Part shown: positions 10,496 to 20,077 of the stretch, one piece after another | Numbering within the stretch: position 1 is the stretch's first letter | Layout: the number at the start of each line of letters is the position of its first letter | NCBI GenBank assembly: GCA_038874655.1 | Contig: JAVZBY010000003.1 | Coordinates: 41,808-105,807 of the forward strand | Length of the DNA: 64,000 bases | Source: Candidatus Woesearchaeota archaeon | GTDB taxonomy: Archaea > Nanobdellota > Nanobdellia > Woesearchaeales > GW2011-AR15 | Direction of reading: 5' to 3' | Made by a program: the position numbers and the translations under genes | The notes under the pieces: model-generated | What the model saw: only the letters and a program-made list of their open reading frames with translations | Told to the model about the DNA's origin: nothing | The model's database searches: none

Positions 10496-10627
10496 ATGAC
10501 AAACATAAACATTGAAATTCCTGATGAATTACATAAAAAATTAAAAATTCAATGTGCCATAGAAGAAAAAACATTGAAAGAATACATTGTCAATGTTTTA
10601 GAAGAAAAAGTAAAAAAATTAAAATAA
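10496..10627 (+). CDS. Ribbon-helix-helix DNA-binding protein (43 aa)
   Basis: Not in the ORF track: MTNINIEIPDELHKKLKIQCAIEEKTLKEYIVNVLEEKVKKLK, with the typical alternating beta-strand, PDELH and two-helix RHH pattern. Confidence 0.8.
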   Translation: MTNINIEIPDELHKKLKIQCAIEEKTLKEYIVNVLEEKVKKLK

Positions 10628-10731
10628 AATTTATAAAATTTCATAAATTAAAGAAAATGAAAAAAAATTTAAATCATATAAAAAAATATTTAAACAATTT
10701 ATTTTTACAAAATTCTTATCATCTTAATTCT

Positions 10732-13700
10732 ATGAAAAGCCATGCATTCAACCCCCGAAAAAAACGCATGGCTTTTATTTTTTTTATAATTAATCTATTA
10801 TTTCTAATTTTAATTTTAAATAATGTTTACTCGGTTGATTTTTCCCCTGTTGAATTATCTCCAAAAAACGCAACAACTCTTGATAATTTAATTTGCTCTT
10901 GGAACACAAGTTTAAATCCTAAAGTAAATGTTAGTTGGTATAATGGCTCTAATCTTTATAGTGTTGTAAAAGAAACAACAAGTATACAAATTTTAAATAA
11001 TTTCATTGCAAGAAAAGGTGAAACTTGGAATTGCACAGTTGTAGAGTGGAATGATGCTAATAATATTGGAAGTAGTTCAATAACAATTAGAAACGCACCT
11101 CCTTTTCAACCTAATGTGGTTAATGACACAATAGAAGAAGATTCAACCTATATAAGAGATATATCAACCACTGATCCAGATGGTGATGAAATAATTTCCT
11201 ATATATGTATTCCAAACACATTCACAATTAATAATGGAATTATCTCTTGGACACCAACATCAAGTAATGTTGAACCTGAGAAATCAAAATTATATAACTT
11301 TACATGTCTTACCTTAGATTCAGAAGGATTATCAAATTCAAAAAAATTTTCTCTCAATGTTACTGCAAGAAATGACCCTCCATTTTTTAACCCTAGTTTA
11401 GTAAATATTTCCAAATATGAAAATCAAAAAATACAATATATAATAACTGCAAGTGATGAAGAGAATCCAACAGGAAAGTTTAATTTAACATTTGACAATA
11501 AAATATGTCCTTATGATTCAAAAACAGCATATGAGTTAGTTAGAATTAACAATTACACTTTTATTTTTCAAGTAATAAATAATCAAACACTTCCTTATAG
11601 TTTAGTTGGAAACTGTTCTATAACTTTAAGTTTATATGACCCTATGGATACTAATATCTCTACTAATAGTTCTATTAACATTGAAGTTATTGCAATAAAT
11701 CATCCTCCAATAATAACCAATATTGAAAGCAAATCAAGAAATTATAGTCAAGGAGAATATTTTAATTTATCTATAAATGCAACTGACATTGATGAAAACG
11801 AATTAATAAATTTCTTTGTTATTACACCTACTTGTAGCTTCAACCCATGGAATATAACGATATTAAACAACAGTAGAAATGCTTCTGCATTATTAAAAGC
11901 AACTCCGTTAAATGAGAGCCATATAAAATGCAAGCAAATAAAAATAAGAGCAAGTGATACAAAAAATGCTTATTCTGAAGTTAATCTTACTTTAAATATT
12001 ACCAATGTAAATGATCCACCAATCATAAAAGAAATAAGCAATCATATTAATAATAGTTTTTCAAATATAAACTTAAGTAATTTAACTGCTTTTGCTTATG
12101 TTAAATTTAGATATTATATAAATGCTACTGATCCTGACATTGAATATGGAACAGATCCTAGTGATTCTTTAACATTTAATATAAATTCTTCATTATGTTT
12201 TGATTGTCCTTTTATAAGTATTAATTCAAATACAGGAGAAATAAATTTCACACCTAACTTAGATAATATTGGAAAAACTTATTCTTATAAAGTAAATGTC
12301 AGTGATAAATATGGTTTATTTGACGAAAAAATACTTAAAATAACCATTTTAAATAATAGTGTACCCTATTTTAATCAAACACCACCAGATATTTATGCAA
12401 AAGAAGATATTTTATATACCTTAAAAATTAATGCTACTGATAAAGAAGATATAAATGTCAGCTTTTTTCTAAACACAACTTTATTCAATATTACAAACAC
12501 AGGATTAATAAATTTCACACCAACATGCCAAGATGTAGGAAACTACTCTGTTTTAATTACAATAAGAGATACTTATGGCGCAGAAAACTCTAGTATCATG
12601 AGAGTATATATAAATATGAGTCCTGATTTACCTATAATAATACCAATACAAAACACTACATTATTTGAAAATGAAGCTTATTATTTAGAAATAATTGCTA
12701 GTGATGATGATTTATTATGTAGTCAAGATGATAATTTAATTTTCAGTTATAATTTTATAAATGGTTCTGAAAGTTCATTAAGTGATTTTATTTTTGAAAA
12801 TATAAACAATAGTGGAAATTATAAAGCCCTCTTATCATTCCAAACTATTTTAGGTAGTCAAGGAATTTATATAATCAATTTCAGTGTGGTTGACAATTAT
12901 AATTTAAAAAATTCATATTTATGGGAATTAACTGTAATAAACAGAACAAATCCTCCTGTAATTAATAACATAACACCTTATGGTAGTCCTTATACAAATT
13001 ATTCAAATGGTTGGAGACCCAGATCAAATTTTTTAGGTGATTACACAAATATAAATATTTCTGAAGGAATGACCATTATTTTTGATCACAATAGCACAGA
13101 TCTAGATAAAAACACTTTAAATTTTACATGGTTAAGAAATAATCAACAAATAGGTGATAAAAAAAACTTAAGTTTATTCTTTGATTATGAAAGTCATGGA
13201 AATTATAACATAACACTTATAGTTTCTGATATCGTAAATAATAGAATTGCTAACTCTGTTTCTTTTTCATGGAACATAAGTGTTAGAAATAATAACAGAC
13301 CTCCTATTTTAAATAATTCTCTTCCTAATATCACAGTAAATAAAACTATAAGTATTCCAAATTACTTTACTTGTAGAGATATTTTGCCGGGCTATATTTG
13401 TGATGAGCCAAGATTTTTTGACCCTGACAATGATAATTTAACATTTACACATTCAAATGCTACAAAAGTTTCTATTTCCATAAACAAAAATTCCATAAGC
13501 TTAACTGCATTGGAATTAGGCAATGAAACAATAACCTTTTATGCATCTGATGGAACTTACACAATTGAAAGCAACCCTGTTATTATAAATGTAATTAGTT
13601 TGCCAGAACAAAATCAACAAGTCAGTCAATCTACATCGACAAGAACCTCACAAAGCACTAATTATGTGCCTTATTCTGTTTTACAAGAAGTGGAAAAAGA

Positions 13701-14379
13701 AAAAGAGATTTATTTAGATATTATTGTTCCAGAGCAATTAACAATTTATCAAAATGAAACAATAAGACAAGTAATTAACATAAAAAATGAAGGCAACACC
13801 ACTTTAAGAGGTATTATATTATCTGCATCCACAAATTCGAGCTCTGCTGATTTAAGCTTTTCTAATTCATTTATCTCAGAATTAAAACCAAATGAAATTG
13901 TAAAAACAGATTTAATCATAAAAGATTACAAATTAAAAAACAATTATGAGATAATAATATGGGCTAATGTCACAGAACCTAATTACAGAGATAAAGCAAT
14001 TATTTATGTTAATGCAATAGAAAAAACTAGAGGAAATCAAAGTATAACTGCAACAAAAATAACATTTGCACAAGATTTATTATCAAGTAATCCTGAATGC
14101 ATAGAATTAAATGAATATTTAAAGAAATCACTTAATTATATGGAAGCAAAAAATTATGAAGAAGCTGAGAAAATTATTGATTCTGTAATCCAAGGCTGTA
14201 AATACTTAGTAAGTCAAAGTAAATTAAAAGAAGAAAGTCCAAAAGGGTTGTTATTAAATTTAAAAATAACCAATCCCTATATAAGAGGTGCTATAATTTT
14301 AACAATTTTAGCAATAATAACTATTGTAGCTATGACAATTAAATTAAAAAAATCAAATAACGAAGAAAACAATCTATAA
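10732..14379 (+). CDS. Large membrane-anchored surface protein with tandem cadherin-like/Ig (He_PIG/PKD/CARDB-like) repeats
   Basis: Signal peptide, repeated NxPP...ATD.D..D...F/WTP Ig units, many N-x-S/T sequons and a C-terminal TM helix. Start moved from 10552 to 10732 because the extension overlaps the RHH gene. Confidence 0.8.
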   Translation: MKSHAFNPRKKRMAFIFFIINLLFLILILNNVYSVDFSPVELSPKNATTLDNLICSWNTSLNPKVNVSWYNGSNLYSVVKETTSIQILNNFIARKGETWNCTVVEWNDANNIGSSSITIRNAPPFQPNVVNDTIEEDSTYIRDISTTDPDGDEIISYICIPNTFTINNGIISWTPTSSNVEPEKSKLYNFTCLTLDSEGLSNSKKFSLNVTARNDPPFFNPSLVNISKYENQKIQYIITASDEENPTGKFNLTFDNKICPYDSKTAYELVRINNYTFIFQVINNQTLPYSLVGNCSITLSLYDPMDTNISTNSSINIEVIAINHPPIITNIESKSRNYSQGEYFNLSINATDIDENELINFFVITPTCSFNPWNITILNNSRNASALLKATPLNESHIKCKQIKIRASDTKNAYSEVNLTLNITNVNDPPIIKEISNHINNSFSNINLSNLTAFAYVKFRYYINATDPDIEYGTDPSDSLTFNINSSLCFDCPFISINSNTGEINFTPNLDNIGKTYSYKVNVSDKYGLFDEKILKITILNNSVPYFNQTPPDIYAKEDILYTLKINATDKEDINVSFFLNTTLFNITNTGLINFTPTCQDVGNYSVLITIRDTYGAENSSIMRVYINMSPDLPIIIPIQNTTLFENEAYYLEIIASDDDLLCSQDDNLIFSYNFINGSESSLSDFIFENINNSGNYKALLSFQTILGSQGIYIINFSVVDNYNLKNSYLWELTVINRTNPPVINNITPYGSPYTNYSNGWRPRSNFLGDYTNINISEGMTIIFDHNSTDLDKNTLNFTWLRNNQQIGDKKNLSLFFDYESHGNYNITLIVSDIVNNRIANSVSFSWNISVRNNNRPPILNNSLPNITVNKTISIPNYFTCRDILPGYICDEPRFFDPDNDNLTFTHSNATKVSISINKNSISLTALELGNETITFYASDGTYTIESNPVIINVISLPEQNQQVSQSTSTRTSQSTNYVPYSVLQEVEKEKEIYLDIIVPEQLTIYQNETIRQVINIKNEGNTTLRGIILSASTNSSSADLSFSNSFISELKPNEIVKTDLIIKDYKLKNNYEIIIWANVTEPNYRDKAIIYVNAIEKTRGNQSITATKITFAQDLLSSNPECIELNEYLKKSLNYMEAKNYEEAEKIIDSVIQGCKYLVSQSKLKEESPKGLLLNLKITNPYIRGAIILTILAIITIVAMTIKLKKSNNEENNL

Positions 14380-14391
14380 AGATATAAACAA

Positions 14392-15471
14392 TTAATTTAA
14401 ATTTAAAACAACAATTTTTCTAGTCAATGATTTATGTACATAATAACTAAATTCTCTTTTTATTTTAAGATTTAATTTTCTTATAATTTTTTTATAATTA
14501 ATAAAATGTGGAAAAATTAAAACCATATTTATACCTTTTTTAAAACTAGTTTTCATAATATCTTTTGAATTAATTAAAAATTGTTCATATAAATTTTCTA
14601 AATCTTTTCCATATGAACCTTTTCCATAAGGCAAATCACTAACTATTGCAAAATCCATTTTTGTTGAAAAAAGTTTATTATCAAATAGCAAATTCAAAGT
14701 AATTTTTCTTTCGTCTAAATTCAATAATTTATAATTTTTTATTTTATAGAAATCTAGATTGATTTTTGCATAATCCAATTGTTTTTTTATTATATCTATG
14801 CCCATAACATTAAAGCCAATTAACCCCGCTTCTATTAAAATTCCACCTGAACCACAAAAAGGATCAAAGATTAAACCTTTTTTCAATCCTGTTAAATTAA
14901 TACACGCTCTTGCCAAATCAGGGCTTAATGATGTTGGATGAAACCCAGGTCTAAGATGTGCTTTTCTATTAAGATATGTTTTGTCTACCTCTTTTAAGAA
15001 TAATCCTGCTATTATAAAATCATCTTTTTCAAAAAACTCTATTTTTGTAAATGGTTTTTTTAGATTAACACATGGTTTTTTTTTAAAAGAACTTTTTAAA
15101 TTTTCATAAATCAAATCAGCTACATATTTTTCTTGAAAAAAATTTCCATGATACCTAACACAAAAACTTTTTTTATATAGTTTATACCAATCATAATTCC
15201 TAACTTTTTTAAAAAAATTATTTTTAGTTGCCTTAAAAATAAAATTATAAATTGAATGTGTAAAACCTAACCTTTTTGAATAAAAATCAACTATTTTTGA
15301 AGAAATATGTGATGAGAATGTAATACCTTTATATTCACAAAGCAAAATATCATCAAATAAAAAATATCTATTTGGTTTTATTAAAGAAATAACTTCCTCT
15401 TTAGCAATTTCCAGGTAGGGTTTTTTCAAATGAAAAATCAAATTTAATTTATTTACCATTTTATAAAGCAT
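14392..15471 (-). CDS. trmG10: tRNA (guanine-10-N2) methyltransferase, THUMP plus Rossmann MTase
   Basis: THUMP-like SFCVR..VNLKKP, HPTSLSPDLARAC, DPFCGSGG and DLPYG motifs. Confidence 0.85.
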   Translation of the reverse strand: MLYKMVNKLNLIFHLKKPYLEIAKEEVISLIKPNRYFLFDDILLCEYKGITFSSHISSKIVDFYSKRLGFTHSIYNFIFKATKNNFFKKVRNYDWYKLYKKSFCVRYHGNFFQEKYVADLIYENLKSSFKKKPCVNLKKPFTKIEFFEKDDFIIAGLFLKEVDKTYLNRKAHLRPGFHPTSLSPDLARACINLTGLKKGLIFDPFCGSGGILIEAGLIGFNVMGIDIIKKQLDYAKINLDFYKIKNYKLLNLDERKITLNLLFDNKLFSTKMDFAIVSDLPYGKGSYGKDLENLYEQFLINSKDIMKTSFKKGINMVLIFPHFINYKKIIRKLNLKIKREFSYYVHKSLTRKIVVLNLN

Positions 15472-15568
15472 TAAAAAATTACATAATAATAGATATTTTA
15501 GTATTATAGATATTTTATTATATTCAATATGGAAAAATATATAAATTTATTTACTACAATAAACAATT

Positions 15569-15895
15569 ATGAGAGGTAGACCTTCTTATTCTAAGATAAG
15601 AGAAAACATATCTGAGATTCTATTTTATATGGAAAAAGCTCATGGCTATGATATTTATAAAATCTATTGTGAAATCTTTCCCAAAGTAACACAAAGGTCT
15701 ATATATTATAATTTAAAAAAAGGTTATGAACTTAATGAATTTGAAATTGAGGTTAAAAAAGAGGAAGGTAATTACTCATGGGGCAACCTTGCTGAAAAAG
15801 TTTATTACAAATTAGGAAAAAACGCTAAAGTTAGTCATAATGAATTAGTTGCCGATTATTTTTTTAAAAAAAATAAGGAATCTAATAAAACATAA
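15569..15895 (+). CDS. Winged-helix (PadR-like) protein
   Basis: HGYDIYK..Y, SIYYNL and a wing ending KVYYKL. Confidence 0.65.
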   Translation: MRGRPSYSKIRENISEILFYMEKAHGYDIYKIYCEIFPKVTQRSIYYNLKKGYELNEFEIEVKKEEGNYSWGNLAEKVYYKLGKNAKVSHNELVADYFFKKNKESNKT

Positions 15896-15934
15896 TTTAA
15901 TATATCTAATTAGATTAAGATGTAATTATACAAA

Positions 15935-16603
15935 ATGGTAGAACAACAAATCATAGAATATATCAAATCATTAAAAGAAAAAGGTATTGATGATGAAACA
16001 ATAAAAAATCATCTATTAAAATACAATTATAGCCCTGATCTAATAAAAGAATGCTTTGATGAACTAAATAAACAATCCTTAAATATTGTTCTTCCTTCAA
16101 TTACAAATAACAACAATTTAACAAACAACAACAATTTGAATAACCAAAACATAAAAATTGAGAATAAAGAAAATAAAAAAAATAAAACTAATAAAAATTT
16201 ATTAAGCCCTGTCCTAATTATTTTGGTTTTAATTACTTTAATAAGTGGAATATTTTTATTTAAAGATTTAATTTTAAACTTATTTGAAAATCCTAATTGC
16301 AAAGATGCTTCCATAAAAATATTTGAATCAAATAATAATGAAATTTTATGTTCATTTCCAGATAACTCTAAAGTTCAAATGATACTAGAAAATAATGGAA
16401 ATAAAAAAATTGAAAAAATAGATATATTCTTAAACAACAACAAAGTTGATACATCAATTATAAATTTAATGCCTGATCAAGTTTTAACAAAAGTAATTGA
16501 TAATAACCTAAAACAAGATATAAATGGAATAAAAATAATTCCTTATTTAGAGAACAATATAAGATGTAAGGAACTCATAAAGAAAAACATTAAAAAATGC
16601 TAA
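15935..16603 (+). CDS. Single-pass membrane protein with N-terminal cytoplasmic helical module
   Basis: IIEYIKSLKEKGIDDETIKNHLLKYNY module, Asn-rich linker, one TM helix and an extracellular Cys-containing beta domain. Confidence 0.6.
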   Translation: MVEQQIIEYIKSLKEKGIDDETIKNHLLKYNYSPDLIKECFDELNKQSLNIVLPSITNNNNLTNNNNLNNQNIKIENKENKKNKTNKNLLSPVLIILVLITLISGIFLFKDLILNLFENPNCKDASIKIFESNNNEILCSFPDNSKVQMILENNGNKKIEKIDIFLNNNKVDTSIINLMPDQVLTKVIDNNLKQDINGIKIIPYLENNIRCKELIKKNIKKC

Positions 16604-16657
16604 ACTTATTTTATATGTTTTTTATTTTTTATATCTTTTTTATATCCCTTTATTTTT

Positions 16658-17386
16658 TTATCTATTATTAATTAATTTTTTATTTAACTTTCTTAAAAAA
16701 CCTATAACTGCAAAAGCTTCTCTTTTTGTAATCATTGATTTTTCAAAAATATTTTTCCAAACCTTTTTTTGTGTTTCTTTTTTTTCTTTTGTTGAAAAAT
16801 CTATTATATCTAAAATTTTGTATAAATTATCGTATATAATCTCTTTTTCTTTTCTAGTTGCTAATTTTAAATGACTTGTTATTTTATTCTCCCCAATTTT
16901 TTTATAAATTTCGTAAAGGATTATGGCAACAGCATGACTTAAATTCATGGAAGGATATTTTTTTGATGTTTCTATAGTAATTACAAAATCACAAATCTCT
17001 AATTCATTATTTGTTAAACCAATTCCTTCATTTCCAAATACAATCGCAATATTATTTTTTTTTGTATCATAAGACCTTAATTTTTTAGAAAAAAAATCAC
17101 TTGATAATGGTATTCTTTTAATATTGTAGTCTGTTCCTAAAACAGAGGTTGTTCCTATAATTAAATCAAAATCATTTCTTAATTTAAAGTAATCCTCATA
17201 ATTTATTTTTTTTGCTTTTTTTAAAATCTCTTTTGCATGCATGCTTTTTTTTAATGCATCATTATCTAAGAAATCACATAAAGGTTCAACTATGATTAAA
17301 TTATCAAGATCAAAATTAGCCATTATCCTAGCTATAAAACCAATATTTCCTGATGTTTCTGGTTTTACTAAAATAACAGATATCAC
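16658..17386 (-). CDS. trmJ: tRNA C32/U32 2'-O-methyltransferase (SPOUT)
   Basis: GNIGFIARIMANF, VFGNEGIGLTN and SMNLSHAV motifs. Confidence 0.88.
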   Translation of the reverse strand: MISVILVKPETSGNIGFIARIMANFDLDNLIIVEPLCDFLDNDALKKSMHAKEILKKAKKINYEDYFKLRNDFDLIIGTTSVLGTDYNIKRIPLSSDFFSKKLRSYDTKKNNIAIVFGNEGIGLTNNELEICDFVITIETSKKYPSMNLSHAVAIILYEIYKKIGENKITSHLKLATRKEKEIIYDNLYKILDIIDFSTKEKKETQKKVWKNIFEKSMITKREAFAVIGFLRKLNKKLINNR

Positions 17387-17463
17387 ATTAAAGAAAAAAA
17401 CAAATTATAATAAAAATCTTTTTGATAAAACTAATAGAAAATTTAAAAAAATAAAGAAATTTT

Positions 17464-18126
17464 TTAAATCTCCATAATCTTTACTTGGCAAAAAGTACAT
17501 AATTTTTTAAATTTCTCAGCATCACTAACTTCACCAACTATTTTTCCATAATGCATTGGTATTGCAACTTTAGGCATTATTTTTCTAGCTGCTTCAACTG
17601 CCTCATTCACATTCATTACATAAGTTCCTGAAACAGGTAAAAAAGCAACATCGCATGAAATTTCAGACATCTCTGGGATAAAATCACTATCTCCTGTATG
17701 ATAAAATTTTATTCCATTTATAGTAAAAATAAAACCTAACCATTCATTTTGTCTAGGATGAAAGGGCTTATTTATATTATAAGAAGGAACAGCTTCTATA
17801 ATAACATCTTTATAACTTAGTTTATCGTTTGGTTTCATTTTATTAAAATTTGCTTTTATAGTTTTTAATTTATCTGGCACATCATAAGGACAAAATATTT
17901 GTGTTTTCTCGGAAATTATTTTTTTTAAATCTTTTTCTGAACAATGATCATAATGACTATGTGTTATTAAAACAATATCAGATTTATCTCTTAATTTTTC
18001 ATCCTTAGCTTCAAAAGGATCAATATACAAAAACAAACCATTATAATAAAATTTAAACCCATCATGTCCAAGCCATTCAACCTTCACATTATTGAAATCC
18101 AATATTTCCGCCATTTTTTCACCCAA
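17464..18126 (-). CDS. MBL-fold metallo-hydrolase
   Basis: WLGH, THSHYDH, YHTGD and IPMHY motifs. Confidence 0.9.
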   Translation of the reverse strand: MGEKMAEILDFNNVKVEWLGHDGFKFYYNGLFLYIDPFEAKDEKLRDKSDIVLITHSHYDHCSEKDLKKIISEKTQIFCPYDVPDKLKTIKANFNKMKPNDKLSYKDVIIEAVPSYNINKPFHPRQNEWLGFIFTINGIKFYHTGDSDFIPEMSEISCDVAFLPVSGTYVMNVNEAVEAARKIMPKVAIPMHYGKIVGEVSDAEKFKKLCTFCQVKIMEI

Positions 18127-18220
18127 GTTATTAAAAATATAAAAGATTCATTTAAAAAATTAAAGCATAATAAAAACATAATTTATAAAACATACTAAAA
18201 TTATTTTTTAATTTACATAT

Positions 18221-18901
18221 CTAATTCATAATTAATTTTCTCAATTCTTTAATTTCTTTTTTTTTATCTCTTGAATTAAATATAGCACTACCTATTACAA
18301 AAATATTAGAGCCAGCTTCTTTTGCTAATTTTATTGTATCTTTATTAATACCTCCATCTATCTCTATATCTTTTTGAAATGTTAACTTTTCCCTTAATAA
18401 TTTTACTTTATCTAATACATTAGGAATAAATTTTTGCCCACCAAAACCTGCATAAACACTCATTATTAAAACATAATCTATTTCATCTAACACATACTTT
18501 ATTAAATCAATCTTTTTATCAGGATTTAAAGCTAAACCAACTTTTACATCTAATTTTTTTATTTTTTGAATAGCTTCTTTTAATTTTTTAATTTCTTTTT
18601 TTGTATTATTCTTGTTAAATAACTCAGGATGAAAACTTATCATTGAAATATTATTACAATTTTCTTTAAATACAGGTGCATACTTTAATGGATCTTCTAT
18701 CATAAAATGAACATCTAAACTTAATCTTGTTTTTATCCATTTAATAACTTCATAACCAAAGCTAATATTTGGAACTAAATGACCATCCATTACATCTATA
18801 TGTAATAAATCTGAGTAGGTTTCAATTTCTTTTATTTCATTATTTAAACTTCCAAAATTAGCTGACAAAATAGATGGTGCAATTTTATAATTTATTTTCA
18901 T
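18221..18901 (-). CDS. rpe: Ribulose-phosphate 3-epimerase
   Basis: IAPSILSA, HIDVMDGHLVPN, GFGGQKF and EIDGG motifs. Confidence 0.95.
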   Translation of the reverse strand: MKINYKIAPSILSANFGSLNNEIKEIETYSDLLHIDVMDGHLVPNISFGYEVIKWIKTRLSLDVHFMIEDPLKYAPVFKENCNNISMISFHPELFNKNNTKKEIKKLKEAIQKIKKLDVKVGLALNPDKKIDLIKYVLDEIDYVLIMSVYAGFGGQKFIPNVLDKVKLLREKLTFQKDIEIDGGINKDTIKLAKEAGSNIFVIGSAIFNSRDKKKEIKELRKLIMN

Positions 18902-18963
18902 TTTAAGTTAAGTATAATTAAATTTTTCATAAATTTTTATTTATAAACTTAATTATTGTATCC

Positions 18964-19440
18964 TCATTTATATAAAATTTCTTCTAGTTCTTTAATTTTT
19001 TTTAATCTTCTTTTATGTCTTTCTTCATTACTAAATTCTGTATTAAGCCAAGCTAAAATAATTCTTTTTGCTAATTTCTCATTAACCCAATCCCCTGAAA
19101 TTCCAATAACATTAGTATCATTATGCAACCTAGAATGCTTTGCTGACTTAACATCAAAAACAGAAACTGCTCTTACATTCTTAAATTTATTAGCTGCTAT
19201 TATCATTCCTGCTGAGCTTCTACAAAATAAAATTCCTTTTGCCCTATCTTTCCATTTTTTTGAATCATCATCTTCTTTTGAAACCATCTCTGCCACTAAA
19301 AAAGCGTAATCAGGATAATCGTCATCTTTATCATATACTTTATTCCCTAAATCAACAAACAAGTATCCTTTTTTTTCTAAAAACTTTTTTATTTTTTCTT
19401 TTAATCTAAAACCACCATGATCACTTCCTAAATATATCAT
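18964..19440 (-). CDS. rpiB: Ribose-5-phosphate isomerase B
   Basis: GSDHGG, DYPD, catalytic Cys in LFCRSSAGM, ANK..VRA, HND.N and RH.RR motifs. Confidence 0.92.
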   Translation of the reverse strand: MIYLGSDHGGFRLKEKIKKFLEKKGYLFVDLGNKVYDKDDDYPDYAFLVAEMVSKEDDDSKKWKDRAKGILFCRSSAGMIIAANKFKNVRAVSVFDVKSAKHSRLHNDTNVIGISGDWVNEKLAKRIILAWLNTEFSNEERHKRRLKKIKELEEILYK

Positions 19441-19562
19441 ATAAAGTTATAATTAGTACTCTTTTTTATAAGTTTCTTTTTTATAAAAAAGTAATAAAAA
19501 GAGAAAAATGCCTACCTCTAAAAAATAAAATTAGATAAAAAAGTAGAAACTCTAAAAAAATA

Positions 19563-19982
19563 TTAAACCTTTTTAAAAACAACTGTTGTTATTCCATTAT
19601 ATTTTCCTAAGCTATAATTACCTACATTACAATAAAATATTACTGATTTTGTTTCATTAGATTTTAAAATAAAATCATTGTCTGAAACAGTTATCATAGG
19701 ACTTATATTTCCATCAACTTTAATAGATACATAAACATCTTTATTATAATTATTTTGTAATGTTATTGCTCTTTTTCCTACATTTCCACTAGATATTTTA
19801 TCAAAATACAACCCATCAGTGTTTAAATTTATACCTACAATAGCTTTATCAACTACTTCAACACTTAAAGGCAATTTTTTAACTTCAACTAAAACATTAA
19901 AATTATAATAAAGTAAATACGCAGATATAGCTAACAAAAAGATTATTAAAAAAGACATAAAAAAAATATAAATTTTTTTCAT
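19563..19982 (-). CDS. Small membrane-anchored Ig-like subunit of the putative fibre cluster
   Basis: N-terminal TM helix, GINLNTDGLYFDKI and a terminal GKYNGITTVVF strand similar to the other cluster subunits. Confidence 0.6.
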   Translation of the reverse strand: MKKIYIFFMSFLIIFLLAISAYLLYYNFNVLVEVKKLPLSVEVVDKAIVGINLNTDGLYFDKISSGNVGKRAITLQNNYNKDVYVSIKVDGNISPMITVSDNDFILKSNETKSVIFYCNVGNYSLGKYNGITTVVFKKV

Positions 19983-20077
19983 AAATATAGAAAAAATAAG
20001 CTAGTTTTTAACCCTTTCTATTAAATTACAATAGATTAAAAATAAAAAAATAAATATCTCAAAGAAATTAAAAAGAA

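Noticed and set aside
10552-10731. N-terminal 60 codons of the 1275-aa ORF
   Set aside because: Overlaps the RHH gene in another frame and precedes the real signal peptide. The likely start is 10732 or 10768.
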